Shown here: positions 1-9,617 of the stretch, one piece after another
Layout of the letters: the number at the start of each line of letters is the position of its first letter
Position numbering within the stretch: the stretch's first letter is position 1
The notes under the pieces: model-generated
Databases searched by the model: none
Seen by the model: only the letters and a program-made list of their open reading frames with translations
What the model was told of the DNA's origin: nothing
Source of the DNA: Thermodesulfobacteriota bacterium
GTDB lineage: Bacteria > Desulfobacterota > Desulfobacteria > Desulfobacterales > UBA11574
DNA length: 64,000 bases
Direction: 5' to 3'
Assembly: GCA_042573625.1 (NCBI GenBank)
Contig: JBHPCZ010000004.1
Coordinates: 1,148 to 65,147 of the forward strand
Position numbers and translations under genes: made by a program

Positions 1-1
1 G

Positions 2-316
2 GGTGAAAAAGCCGATTGCCTATATCTCATTAAGAGCGGTTTCGTCGAGCTGATCGTCGACGCCTCAAACTCTTTCGGGGGACGTGTCATCCGAAATCTC
101 GGGCAGGGCCAGTCGGTTGGCGAGATGACCTGGGTCGACCACGGCAGACGGTCTGCTACGGCGCGGTCGGCCACCGAAGGGACAACGACTGTTTCGGTCT
201 CGTTCGAGGCGCTTGACGAACTGTGTGAAAGAAATCCCAGAATCGGCTACCGTGTCTCGCGAAACATTGCATCAGACCTTTCGTTCAGGCTTCGGCAAGA
301 TTCTGAATTTTTTTAA
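2..316 (+). CDS. cyclic nucleotide-binding (cNMP/Crp-type) domain protein, 5' truncated by window edge
   Basis: Frame open from base 2: GEKADCLYLIKSGFVEL...LGQGQSVGEMTWVDHGRRSATAR, with the cNMP-binding GE...RSA signature. Confidence 0.85.
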   Translation, partial: GEKADCLYLIKSGFVELIVDASNSFGGRVIRNLGQGQSVGEMTWVDHGRRSATARSATEGTTTVSVSFEALDELCERNPRIGYRVSRNIASDLSFRLRQDSEFF

Positions 317-328
317 AAAGGGGGAAGA

Positions 329-1762
329 GTGGCCAAAATAGCTATCATTGGTGCAGGTTTTGCCGGCCATACGGCGGCAATCTACCTTGGCAACGCACTG
401 GGTCACGACCATGAGGTCACGCTGATTAATAAATTTGATTACTTCCTCTACACCCCCTCTTTGATCTGGGTGGGTGTCGGGCATATGAAGCCGGAAAAGG
501 TGTGCGTTCCCTTGAAGCCTATTTATGACAGAATACATGTCCGATTTGTGAACGGTACAGCCACTGAAATTCATCCGGATGAAAACTACGTGATCGCCGA
601 AAGACTCGATCAGAGCGGCCGGGAGCGGATAGATTACGATTATCTGGTTGTTGCCACGGGTCCCAAGTTGAATTGGGAGGGCACACCCGGCCTGGGTCCC
701 ATGAACGGGCATACACTCTCTGTCTGCCATCTCAGGTCCGCCGCACAAGCCAGGGACGAATATCAAGAGACCCTTGAACGGTTGCGGCGTGGAGAGAAGG
801 TCAAATTTGTCATTGGCGTGGGTCATCCGGAGGCGACCTGCCAGGGGGCCGCTTTCGAATATATGATGAATATTGACAGGGACCTGATTAAATTGGGCCT
901 TCGGGATAAGGCGGAATTGCTGTGGCTGTCGAATGAACCCGCCTTGGCTGATTTCGGCGTCGGCGGCATCCATTGGAAGAAAAACGGCGTAATGCAGTCC
1001 GGCGAAGATTACGTGAGAGCCCTTTTCAACAAACACAACATCAAATGGGAAGTTCAGAAGGGTGTAAAACAGGTGGATCAGAAATGCATCTACTGGGAGG
1101 ACTACAGCGGGAATCACGGAGAGACCGACTACGATTTTGCCATGCTGATTCCTCAGTTTTTAGGGCAGCCAATGAAGTATATTGGCAAAGAGGGTGAAGA
1201 TATTTCGGGCAAGCTGATGAATAAAGCCGGCTTTGTATTTGTTGACGGCTACTATGGTTTACCATATGAAAGCCTGCACTATACCCCCGAAGCCTGGCCC
1301 GCCGTCTATCAAAATCCGGTCTACAGAAACATCTTCGCTGCGGGCATTTCCTTTGCCCCCCCCGGGCCTATTTCACCGCCACACATAACACCGAACGGAA
1401 CGAACATCACCGCCGCTCCGCCGCGCACCGGCATGGTGTCGGGTATCATTGGCCGACTTGTGGCCAAGAACCTTATCGGTCTGGTAAATGAGGACAAAAT
1501 GGCCTATCAAGAGCGAATGACAGAGATGTATTCAGCCTGTATCGCCTCTATGGGTTCCTCCCTCTGGAGTGGGGAGGCGACCTCGGTTTTTCTTTATCCA
1601 GTCGTGCCCAATTTTCTGCGCTTCCCAAACAAATATGGCCGCGATGAACGCATCACTCATCTTGAGGGAGGGTTGTCGGGTGCGTGGATCAAACGTATTG
1701 TCCATACGACCATGTTATACAAAGCGAAATCGTATCCTGGCTGGCAGTTTATTCCCGAGTAA
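329..1762 (+). CDS. sqr: sulfide:quinone oxidoreductase family flavoprotein
   Basis: GAGFAG FAD motif, YDYLVVATG, Cys in LSVCHL, ATCQGAAFE and SACIASMG, PRTGMVS segment; GTG start. Confidence 0.85.
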   Translation: MAKIAIIGAGFAGHTAAIYLGNALGHDHEVTLINKFDYFLYTPSLIWVGVGHMKPEKVCVPLKPIYDRIHVRFVNGTATEIHPDENYVIAERLDQSGRERIDYDYLVVATGPKLNWEGTPGLGPMNGHTLSVCHLRSAAQARDEYQETLERLRRGEKVKFVIGVGHPEATCQGAAFEYMMNIDRDLIKLGLRDKAELLWLSNEPALADFGVGGIHWKKNGVMQSGEDYVRALFNKHNIKWEVQKGVKQVDQKCIYWEDYSGNHGETDYDFAMLIPQFLGQPMKYIGKEGEDISGKLMNKAGFVFVDGYYGLPYESLHYTPEAWPAVYQNPVYRNIFAAGISFAPPGPISPPHITPNGTNITAAPPRTGMVSGIIGRLVAKNLIGLVNEDKMAYQERMTEMYSACIASMGSSLWSGEATSVFLYPVVPNFLRFPNKYGRDERITHLEGGLSGAWIKRIVHTTMLYKAKSYPGWQFIPE

Positions 1763-1779
1763 GGGGAAGGTAAAGCGTT

Positions 1780-2106
1780 ATGGAGATAAGAGAGAAAGAA
1801 CCTTTCTGGAGGAACTTTAAAATCTACCAGGTGTGGCGTTTCACCGTCTTGAATTTTAAAATACTTCAAGGTGTGATTCATAGCAAACGACTCTTTAAGT
1901 TTGTAATAAAATACAAGGTGAGCTATGTTGTAAAGGGCAACGGATATCCCCCCACCATTGTCAACACTGCCAAGCCGCCTCAAACGGGTGACAGGGTTCA
2001 ACTCGGCAGAAACAAATTCGAAGTCATTGAAGTCCTCCAGCTCATGCCACCTCGGGGAGAGTTCTGTTTTTTACAGGCCAGTTGTAAATTGGTCGATGAT
2101 TCCTGA
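1780..2106 (+). CDS. small hypothetical protein downstream of sqr
   Basis: 108-aa ORF 17 bp after the sqr stop, purine-rich upstream sequence. Confidence 0.65.
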   Translation: MEIREKEPFWRNFKIYQVWRFTVLNFKILQGVIHSKRLFKFVIKYKVSYVVKGNGYPPTIVNTAKPPQTGDRVQLGRNKFEVIEVLQLMPPRGEFCFLQASCKLVDDS

Positions 2107-2203
2107 GGGCGCTGCTTTAGTATGCTATCGTAAACCCCTAATAATATTGATTTACTGAAAAATTTTCATGAAATATTCGGGATAGCCTTCGGAGATCTGA
2201 CAT

Positions 2204-3127
2204 TCAGGAAAGAGACACTTCGATTTTTTCAGGCACAGCCCGGTCAGTGGTGAGGTTGGTCAGGGAAACAGCGAACAGCACTAGCACGCCACCGCAAATC
2301 TGCAGCAGGGTAAGCGTTTCACCCAGAAGTATCCAGGCGCCAAATGCCGTCACCACCGGAATGCCGTTGATGAAGACGGCTGCCCGGGAGGCGTGTATCC
2401 GGGTCAATGCATGATTATAACACAGAAAGGCAGCGATGGTGGCAAACAGGGTAAGGTAGGCCAGCGCCCACAGGGATCTATCGCTAATCGCCGACCACTC
2501 AATCCCCGGCAGTTCCCAGAGAAATGCCGGCGCAAAGAAGACGGCCCCATAAATCACTTGCATACCGGTGATGTCCAGGGCCGAATGGCTTTGTCCCAAA
2601 TCTCTGGCGCAGATCATGTATAAAGCCGCTGATACCACCGCTCCGAAAATGAGAAGATCGCCAAGCAGCTGCCCCTCCATACCCCTGCTGAATTTCGGAT
2701 CTCCGACGACCAATATCGTTATCCCCACAAGTGACAATCCAATGCCGAAAAGGCGGGTAATATTGGCAGGCTCTTTAAGAAAGATCGCGGAAAATATGAA
2801 TACAACAACAGGTATTGTGGCGATAATCAGGGCGGCCTTCGGTGCCGAGGTATGCTGAAGACCGGTGGTTTCGAAGGTAAAATAAAGGCCCGGCTGAAAC
2901 AGAGCGATAAGCAGTATCTTGGCATGATTTTTTCCGGTGAACGAGGGGAAGCCGCGATAGACCATCAAAAAAAGAAAGAGGCATGCGGCAATACTGAATC
3001 GAAAGAAGACCAGCGTGAATGTGGGAAGGCTTTCCAGGGCAACCTTGGTGGCCACAAAAGAGAGCCCCCAAAAAACCACGGCCGCGACCAGGGCCGCGTA
3101 TGTCGATGAGTGACGGGTTTGTTTCAT
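2204..3127 (-). CDS. DMT/EamA family transporter
   Basis: About 10 TM segments in two repeats, FWGLSFVATK and LLGETLT motifs. Confidence 0.92.
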   Translation of the reverse strand: MKQTRHSSTYAALVAAVVFWGLSFVATKVALESLPTFTLVFFRFSIAACLFLFLMVYRGFPSFTGKNHAKILLIALFQPGLYFTFETTGLQHTSAPKAALIIATIPVVVFIFSAIFLKEPANITRLFGIGLSLVGITILVVGDPKFSRGMEGQLLGDLLIFGAVVSAALYMICARDLGQSHSALDITGMQVIYGAVFFAPAFLWELPGIEWSAISDRSLWALAYLTLFATIAAFLCYNHALTRIHASRAAVFINGIPVVTAFGAWILLGETLTLLQICGGVLVLFAVSLTNLTTDRAVPEKIEVSLS

Positions 3128-3143
3128 TCAGCATCATGACAAC

Positions 3144-3191
3144 CAGAAAGCCCTGTGGAATTCTCAGAACAATATTCCACAGGGCTTTCTG
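3144..3191. other. long intergenic hairpin (possible terminator or RNA stabiliser)
   Basis: cagaaagccctgtggaat...attccacagggctttctg inverted repeat; no clear U-tract. Confidence 0.5.
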
Positions 3192-3227
3192 CAATGTAAT
3201 AATTTTTTCCGGGTGTACATCCTATTC

Positions 3228-3369
3228 GAGACCTTTGAAAAACGCTCCCTTTTGCCCGATCCCGGTGTCAGGCTCAAATTTTAATCCTCGAAATACTTAA
3301 TGTATTCCTGTGGTTAAAATTATCGCCTTCCTTGGCCTTGAGCAAAATTGAACATTTTTCAAAGGTCTC
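3228..3369. mobile_element. MITE-like palindromic element, family B copy 1
   Basis: Terminal IR GAGACCTTTGAAAAA/TTTTTCAAAGGTCTC, flanked by TATTC direct repeat; near-identical copy at 53415-53592. Confidence 0.85.
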
Positions 3370-4424
3370 TATTCTTCGGTTGCAGGGGCAGTACTTGAAG
3401 TATATTTGTCCCATTCATACTTTCCGTATTTATAGTACCCCTGGACATTGTTAATCCTGGCGTCGATATCATTTTTGATGGGTATGACATTTCCGGCAAC
3501 CAACGGCTGAAGGTAATCGGCCAGCTCCATTGAACCGCCACCGGTCAGGACAATGGTATCCATGTCCCAGTCCTCGGCCCACAAACGTTCAATGTCGTTT
3601 GCAATGACACCGGCGGCATGTGAAAAGACCTGGTCTCTGAGCTTTTCGATATTGTATTCTTTTCCTCTTATTTTTATAACACCGGCTTGAACCGCCTTGT
3701 ACAGACGGTAGACTTCAATGCTAACGCCGCATTCTTCCCGAAGTTTTTTCGCAATAACGCCGAAGCTCTTCGAAATCCCGGTGTCGGTTGTCGTGCTGCC
3801 TCTTTCGACATAGCGTAATTGATCAAAAATGCTAAAATCCGTTGTTCTGAACCCGATATCCACCACGCCGACTTTTTGTTTTGCCAGCTCTTTGTTTACG
3901 ATTTTTCCATTATCATCCATCAACAGGTTAAAGATGCTTCCCAGCGGTTGCGGCATCATTCGAACCTTGTTGATATTTATCTTTCTCGTAATCTTGGTCC
4001 CATCGGGTTTGTGAAACGTAATATCGTGATGACCGGTCAATATTTTTACGAACTGCTGGTAATATTGCCTTAAATAGCCGATCGGGAGTCCGGAAACAAC
4101 ATTCATCGGCACATACTTTTCTGTTATGCTCCCTGCCGCCGTTAGCGCCAAAACCCTGAGAAACTCCGCCAACAGCTTTTCCTGGTCCAGGGTGAATTGC
4201 AGGACATTCGATTGCTGCTCCGCAAAATCACCAATAAAATAGGATTGGTTATCAATGGTAACATGCAGATTTTTCGCAAACGAAACATCCCCAATACTCA
4301 TCCGAAATTGGATGTCCGTCGCCTCCCCAAAGAGAGACTTGAATATAATGAATTCTTTTCCATTGGTGGCTTTTGTAAACCCAAACCCGACATCAATGCC
4401 AAGGATCTCCATCTCTTCCTCCAT
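3369..4424 (-). CDS. ParM/StbA family actin-like ATPase
   Basis: GIDVGFGFTK phosphate-1, VVDIGFRTTD phosphate-2 and LTGGG adenosine motifs. Confidence 0.9.
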   Translation of the reverse strand: MEEEMEILGIDVGFGFTKATNGKEFIIFKSLFGEATDIQFRMSIGDVSFAKNLHVTIDNQSYFIGDFAEQQSNVLQFTLDQEKLLAEFLRVLALTAAGSITEKYVPMNVVSGLPIGYLRQYYQQFVKILTGHHDITFHKPDGTKITRKININKVRMMPQPLGSIFNLLMDDNGKIVNKELAKQKVGVVDIGFRTTDFSIFDQLRYVERGSTTTDTGISKSFGVIAKKLREECGVSIEVYRLYKAVQAGVIKIRGKEYNIEKLRDQVFSHAAGVIANDIERLWAEDWDMDTIVLTGGGSMELADYLQPLVAGNVIPIKNDIDARINNVQGYYKYGKYEWDKYTSSTAPATEE

Positions 4425-4607
4425 GAACCGTAAAATTGCGGTTAATTTTCACTTTTACTCATTTATCATAAATTAAGGTGGATCAAAAGGATAAAAGTTT
4501 AATTTGACTTGAATTTTGTGTATAGAGAGTAGAGCGGAGTGATGTGTCCGCACAGGGTCAACCGATTGGCCGGCCCCCTTTTCGTTTCGTAACAAGGAAT
4601 TTGCCGC

Positions 4608-5147
4608 ATGAAACGCCTGCTTAAATTCATTCCGGAAAATTGGCTGGCAACCATTGCCTTGCGACACTTTGGATTTTTTAAAATTCCGTTGTTGTTTTTT
4701 GTCAGGCCCAGTATCATCGAGCTGTCCGATGATACCGTTGTGGTGAAGGTCCCTCTAAGGCGGCGAACACGGAATCACTTAGGTTCAATGTACTTCGGGG
4801 CATTGGCCATCGGGGCCGATTGCGCCGCCGGACTGATTGCCATGAAGCGCATACAAGAGAGTCCGCAAAGTATATCTTTGATATTTAAAAGCCTGAAGGC
4901 AGAGTTTCTGAAACGGGCAGAGGGTGATGTATATTTTATATGCAACCAGGGTCGCAAAATTTCCGATCTGGTTGCCGCTGCTGAAGCGTCGGATCAAAGA
5001 GTCGAATCTCCGGTTGAGGTGGTCGCCACGGTTCCCGATCAGTTTCAGGAGGATCCGGTGGCCCGATTTACTTTAGTATTATCTCTTAAGAAAAAAATCG
5101 CAGAAAATACTGATCTGCGACAAACAGCAAACAAAAGGCGTCAGTGA
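4608..5147 (+). CDS. hotdog-fold thioesterase-like protein (DUF4442/PaaI-like)
   Basis: RRTRNHLGSMYFGAL and FLKRAEGDV motifs. Confidence 0.85.
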   Translation: MKRLLKFIPENWLATIALRHFGFFKIPLLFFVRPSIIELSDDTVVVKVPLRRRTRNHLGSMYFGALAIGADCAAGLIAMKRIQESPQSISLIFKSLKAEFLKRAEGDVYFICNQGRKISDLVAAAEASDQRVESPVEVVATVPDQFQEDPVARFTLVLSLKKKIAENTDLRQTANKRRQ

Positions 5148-6124
5148 TGGTAAATTCAATCAAAACAGCTTTTACAGAACAGTTCAATGTCAAGTATCCG
5201 ATTGTCTGTGCCCCCATGTTTCTGGTGAGTTCGGTTAAAATGGTGGTCGCGGCGAGTGAGGCCGGCGGCGTGGGAACGTTTCCGGCCCTGAATTTCCGTC
5301 CCATTGAAAAATACCGTCGAGTGATTCAGGAGATAAAAGAACAGACCACCAACGCATTCGGGATCAACATTATCGTCCAGAAGACAAACAAGTTTCAGCA
5401 TAAACAGATAGACCATGCGCTCGAAGAAAAGGTTCCCTTAATCATCACTTCATTGGGGAGCCCCAAGGAGGTGATTCGTCTGTCCCATCAGGCGGGAACC
5501 CGTGTTTACTGTGATGTGGTGGGGTTTGAACACGCTGAAAAGGTGGCTGACCTTGGCGCTGACGGGCTTATCGCCGTGGGGTACGGTGCGGGAGGTCATG
5601 CAGGGGATCTGACCCCGCTGGCCCTTATTCCGAATCTTGTGAAAAAATTTAAGTTACCGGTTATCGCCGCCGGCAGTATTGTCGATGGGATGGGAATGGC
5701 TGCGGCGTTTGCTCTGGGTGCTTCGGCGGTTTACATGGGCACGCGGTTCATCGCGTCGAAAGAAGCAGAGGTGCCGGAAGCGTACAAAAACGCCATCATC
5801 AATTCAGAGAGTGAAGATATCGTCAATACCGACAGGGTGGATGGATTCCCCGGAAACTTTATACGAACCCGGGCGCTGGAAGCACTGGGTCTGGAAAGCG
5901 GATGGATTGAAGAAATTCTTAAAAGAAACAAAAGGATCAAACGTTGGATTTCACTCAGCCGCGCTGCCCGGTCTTTATTGGGTGATGTGAATTCCAAAAT
6001 CTCCTACAAGACTGTATTTTCCGCGGGTCATGGGGTGGGACTCATAGACAGGGTTCTGTCGATTCAAGAGATAATGGAAATGACGGTAAAAGAATACCAG
6101 GAGATTAAAGAACAATTGCCCTAA
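5144..6124 (+). CDS. nitronate monooxygenase / FabK-like flavin oxidoreductase
   Basis: YPIVCAPM, GAGGHAG, PVIAAGSI, VYMGTRF. Confidence 0.9.
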   Translation: MMVNSIKTAFTEQFNVKYPIVCAPMFLVSSVKMVVAASEAGGVGTFPALNFRPIEKYRRVIQEIKEQTTNAFGINIIVQKTNKFQHKQIDHALEEKVPLIITSLGSPKEVIRLSHQAGTRVYCDVVGFEHAEKVADLGADGLIAVGYGAGGHAGDLTPLALIPNLVKKFKLPVIAAGSIVDGMGMAAAFALGASAVYMGTRFIASKEAEVPEAYKNAIINSESEDIVNTDRVDGFPGNFIRTRALEALGLESGWIEEILKRNKRIKRWISLSRAARSLLGDVNSKISYKTVFSAGHGVGLIDRVLSIQEIMEMTVKEYQEIKEQLP

Positions 6125-6221
6125 AAACAGAGGCCGCTTAAAGGAAACAGGCCTTGACAGGCATCTTTATCATGCGCATATTTTTGTTAAAAAAATTATA
6201 AATAAAGGATAATTGACGGAT

Positions 6222-6617
6222 ATGCTGATTAAACTTTTTCTCGCATTTACGCTTGTGCCTGTTATTGAACTCTACCTGCTCATCAAGGTCGGGGCTGTCA
6301 TCGGTTCTTTTAACACGGTCTTGATCGTTATCATCACCGGTTTTATAGGGGCATCCCTGGCCCGCATGCAGGGTTTGCAGACCATGACCCGGGTTCAAAC
6401 CAGCCTTCAGCAGGGGATAATGCCCGCCGAAGATCTCATTGACGCACTGATCATCCTTGTGGCGGGAATCGTTCTGTTGACGCCGGGATTTGTCACAGAT
6501 GGGGCCGGGTTGTTCCTTCTATTTCCGGCGACCCGATACCATTTTAAACGCTGGTTGAGACGGAAATTCGACCAATGGGTCAAAAACCAGAACGTCCAAT
6601 TTCACCGATATCCTTAA
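6222..6617 (+). CDS. fxsA: FxsA family membrane protein
   Basis: PVIELYLLIKVG and LLTPGFVTD motifs. Confidence 0.92.
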   Translation: MLIKLFLAFTLVPVIELYLLIKVGAVIGSFNTVLIVIITGFIGASLARMQGLQTMTRVQTSLQQGIMPAEDLIDALIILVAGIVLLTPGFVTDGAGLFLLFPATRYHFKRWLRRKFDQWVKNQNVQFHRYP

Positions 6618-6744
6618 ATATCCCCTCCTCGGATGGTTCACATTTCTATTGACCCATTACCCAAAAAGGTTTTAAAGCATCTCCACTGATTTTCAAAAAA
6701 GTTAGAAACGCATGGAACAATCGAAATACATCCAAGGAGGAAAG

Positions 6745-7257
6745 ATGAGATACCATTTTTCAAACAGAATTCGTGCCCTGGGGCTGATATTGATTGTCGC
6801 ATTTGTGGCAACAGCTCATGCCGGAGATCATCAGCCGTTAACCCCGCTGCTTATTGACCTCCAAGGGTGGGAAGCAGAAAACCCGGAAGGCATGAGTATG
6901 GACATGGGCGCCATGAAAATGACAAACGCCACTCGGACGTATACCAAAGACGACAACAGCATCACCGCCATGGTGATGATCGGCAGCCATGCCATGACAC
7001 AGGGCCAGATGCAGGAGATGAAGGTAGAAACAACGGATGTCAAGGTAAGCGTCTCGGAAATCGACGGTTTCCAGGTGCATACCGGGTACGACAAGAATGA
7101 AAACGCGGGATCAGTGACCGTATTTTTATCCCAGGGTCAGACAGAAAGCGCTTTGTTCATGGTTTCGTATCAAAACCTTTCAGAAAAGGAAGCAATGGAT
7201 CTTGTAAAAGACTTTGACTGGAAGAAAATGAAGGCGGTCGTTGACAAGCTTTTATAA
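6745..7257 (+). CDS. secreted hypothetical protein
   Basis: AAGGAGG RBS, signal peptide ending ...TAHA. Confidence 0.75.
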   Translation: MRYHFSNRIRALGLILIVAFVATAHAGDHQPLTPLLIDLQGWEAENPEGMSMDMGAMKMTNATRTYTKDDNSITAMVMIGSHAMTQGQMQEMKVETTDVKVSVSEIDGFQVHTGYDKNENAGSVTVFLSQGQTESALFMVSYQNLSEKEAMDLVKDFDWKKMKAVVDKLL

Positions 7258-7369
7258 CCAAACAGTGTTGAAGATGATGTTGCCTGACCGGCGGGTAACA
7301 CATATTGACTTCAATAAATGTTTCCTCTATTTTAGATATATAAGAAATGAAAGAATTAAGGGGGAAAGA

Positions 7370-8290
7370 ATGAAAAAATTTCGTGGTTTACTGATTATTT
7401 CGATCCTATTCAGCTGGGTGCTTATCGGCTCCGGACAATGCATGGCCCAGAGCGGCGGCCTTAGTTACACCATAGCGGTATCCAAATTCGAAAACCGCTC
7501 TAACTGGCGGGGCCAATGGAACCTGGGGGATGCCTGGGGAGCTGTTCTGACCGACAGTCTGAATCAAACGGGTCGCTTTATCGTATTGGGTGAGACAGAT
7601 ATGCGAAGTGCAGCGATGGAGGAGCAGGATTTTGCCGCCAGCGGAAGGGCGGCTGGCGGGGGGAAAACAGTGGTCACCGGGCATATGACTCCGGCGCAGT
7701 TGCTGATAAAGGGAGAAATAACACATTTTGCAGATGAAACCAGCGGCGGCGGAGCCGGCGTCGGTTTTCAAGGGTTCAGGCTTGGGGGGAGTGCTAGCTT
7801 TTCTGAAATCAACACGGTTATGTATATTATAGATTCAAGTACCGGTCAGGTTCTGGCATCGAAAAAGTGTTACGGCAAAGTTTCCAAGAAAGGGCTTACC
7901 ATTGGTGCTACCAAAGGGGGGTTTACAGGTGATGTCGGAGGCTTCAAGAAAACCAATGCAGGAAAAGCCGTTGAAAAAGCCGTGGATGAAGGTGTGGCTT
8001 TTCTGACCGGCATGCTGGAAGAGATTCCCTGGAGCGGAACGGTTATTCTCAAAAAAGAAGATTCGGTCTTTATCAACAGGGGAACAAGAGAGGGTGTTTC
8101 TTTGGGTCAGATTTTTAATGTCGGAAAGTCGGAAGTTTTAAGGGACCCCGGAACCGGTGAGGTTCTGGACCAAAGCTTTGAAAAGGCGGGGAGTATCCAG
8201 GTCATAAACGTAAAAGAAAAGATTTCGATCTGTAAAATCACTCAAGGCGGCGGCATCGCAAAAGGAATGACAGTGGTTCCAGCGAAATAG
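7370..8290 (+). CDS. secreted CsgG/HfaB-like protein with C-terminal FlgT-C-like beta domain
   Basis: Signal peptide; TIAVSKFEN, LNQTGRFIVL, AQLLIKGEITHF; C-terminal VFINRG..EGV..G and DPGTGEVL. Confidence 0.8.
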   Translation: MKKFRGLLIISILFSWVLIGSGQCMAQSGGLSYTIAVSKFENRSNWRGQWNLGDAWGAVLTDSLNQTGRFIVLGETDMRSAAMEEQDFAASGRAAGGGKTVVTGHMTPAQLLIKGEITHFADETSGGGAGVGFQGFRLGGSASFSEINTVMYIIDSSTGQVLASKKCYGKVSKKGLTIGATKGGFTGDVGGFKKTNAGKAVEKAVDEGVAFLTGMLEEIPWSGTVILKKEDSVFINRGTREGVSLGQIFNVGKSEVLRDPGTGEVLDQSFEKAGSIQVINVKEKISICKITQGGGIAKGMTVVPAK

Positions 8291-9475
8291 ATGCCTTCTC
8301 AACCCAAATCGATTTCGTTCCGAAAGAGGGGTTTTTCCGTGAAAAAAAGATGTCAGTTTATTTTCGTTTCATTGGTTTTTATCTTTCCGCTTTTTTGCTT
8401 TTCCCTCTTTGCTCAGGAAGGGGCAAAAGAGGTTGTCGCCACTGGTGTGGCGGACGGCAGTTCTTCTCGGGCAAGAGACGAAGCGCTTAACGATGCCCTT
8501 CGAAGGGCTGTGGAGCAGGGTGTAGGAACTTTTGTCACCACTGAATTATCGGTTGAGCAGCAGCGGTTGGTGGAAGAAAGAATCTACACGGAAAGCCGGG
8601 GATATATCCAAAGCTATAGCATTAAACGCGAAGGGCCGAGTGAAGACATCTATGAGGTTGAGATATCAGCCCTGGTGAAGATGGGAAAGCTGGCCGGTGA
8701 CCTCGAGTCCATCGGACTGCTCATACGAAAAAAGCAAAATCCCCGGGTCATGGTGGTGATATACAGCGGAGAGATGAACAGCTCGTACCTGGGGGTGGCC
8801 CTCGAAGGGAACCGCAATGCGGAAAATCAGATAGAAAAAAGATTGTTAGAAAAAGGATTTCAACTGGTTGACGCCGGGCAGGTGAGCCGAAAAAAAGAAA
8901 TGGAAACCCTCCTTATTCAGGGGGATCCGTCAAGGGCCAGCAAAATTGCCAAAGATTTTGGCGCAGAGGTTCTGGTGGAGGGTCAAGCCCGAAGATCATT
9001 TGTCGATGAAAGGCAAGTGTTCGGGAAAGGGATGCGCTTTTTCTCAAATGAAATTCGGCTTAAAGCTTTTGAGACGGATACAGGGAAGATCTTATTCTCC
9101 GGGTATAGAACCCGCCCGCCTTCCGGCGCGGGTGCCCTGCTTCCGTTGGAGGAGGCCACTTCCGAATTGATTGAAGAGATGATGTCCGGAATACTCGAAC
9201 AATGGCGCAAGGATGTGTATCAGGCAGGTTCTTTTCAATTAAATATTTCGAAGATTTCATTTAGTGAGCTTTCAAGATTTAAAAAGAATCTAAAAACTAT
9301 TCGCGGAGTGCAAGACATACAGGTCAGGAGTTTTCAGTCCGGGCATGCGATGCTGGCGGTAAGATACCAGGGCACCCTTGAAGAGCTTGCCAACAAGATA
9401 GATGCGATGAAAAGTCCATCCCCTGTGATTACGGGACTGCAATCCAATACCGTTGAGATTTCGTTTGGAAAATGA
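8291..9475 (+). CDS. secreted FlgT N-terminal-like domain protein
   Basis: ARDEALNDALRRAVEQGVG...GYIQSYSI, PRVMV; probable start GTG 8339; paralog of 36830-37993. Confidence 0.75.
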   Translation: MPSQPKSISFRKRGFSVKKRCQFIFVSLVFIFPLFCFSLFAQEGAKEVVATGVADGSSSRARDEALNDALRRAVEQGVGTFVTTELSVEQQRLVEERIYTESRGYIQSYSIKREGPSEDIYEVEISALVKMGKLAGDLESIGLLIRKKQNPRVMVVIYSGEMNSSYLGVALEGNRNAENQIEKRLLEKGFQLVDAGQVSRKKEMETLLIQGDPSRASKIAKDFGAEVLVEGQARRSFVDERQVFGKGMRFFSNEIRLKAFETDTGKILFSGYRTRPPSGAGALLPLEEATSELIEEMMSGILEQWRKDVYQAGSFQLNISKISFSELSRFKKNLKTIRGVQDIQVRSFQSGHAMLAVRYQGTLEELANKIDAMKSPSPVITGLQSNTVEISFGK

Positions 9476-9617
9476 TTTGAATTGAAATATTCCGACTTGA
9501 GCCTTGCTCCACTCCGTTCTATGAATGCTTCTATCAGGGCAAAACTTTTCAATACCTGTTGCGGTTGAAAGAAGCCATGTAAAATATCCTTAAGGCGATA
9601 TCGAATGGATAGAATTT

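Noticed and set aside
272-1117. Long antisense ORFs (also 36395-37006, 38697-39401, 53707-54447, 54475-55152)
   Set aside because: Shadows of well-supported genes on the opposite strand.
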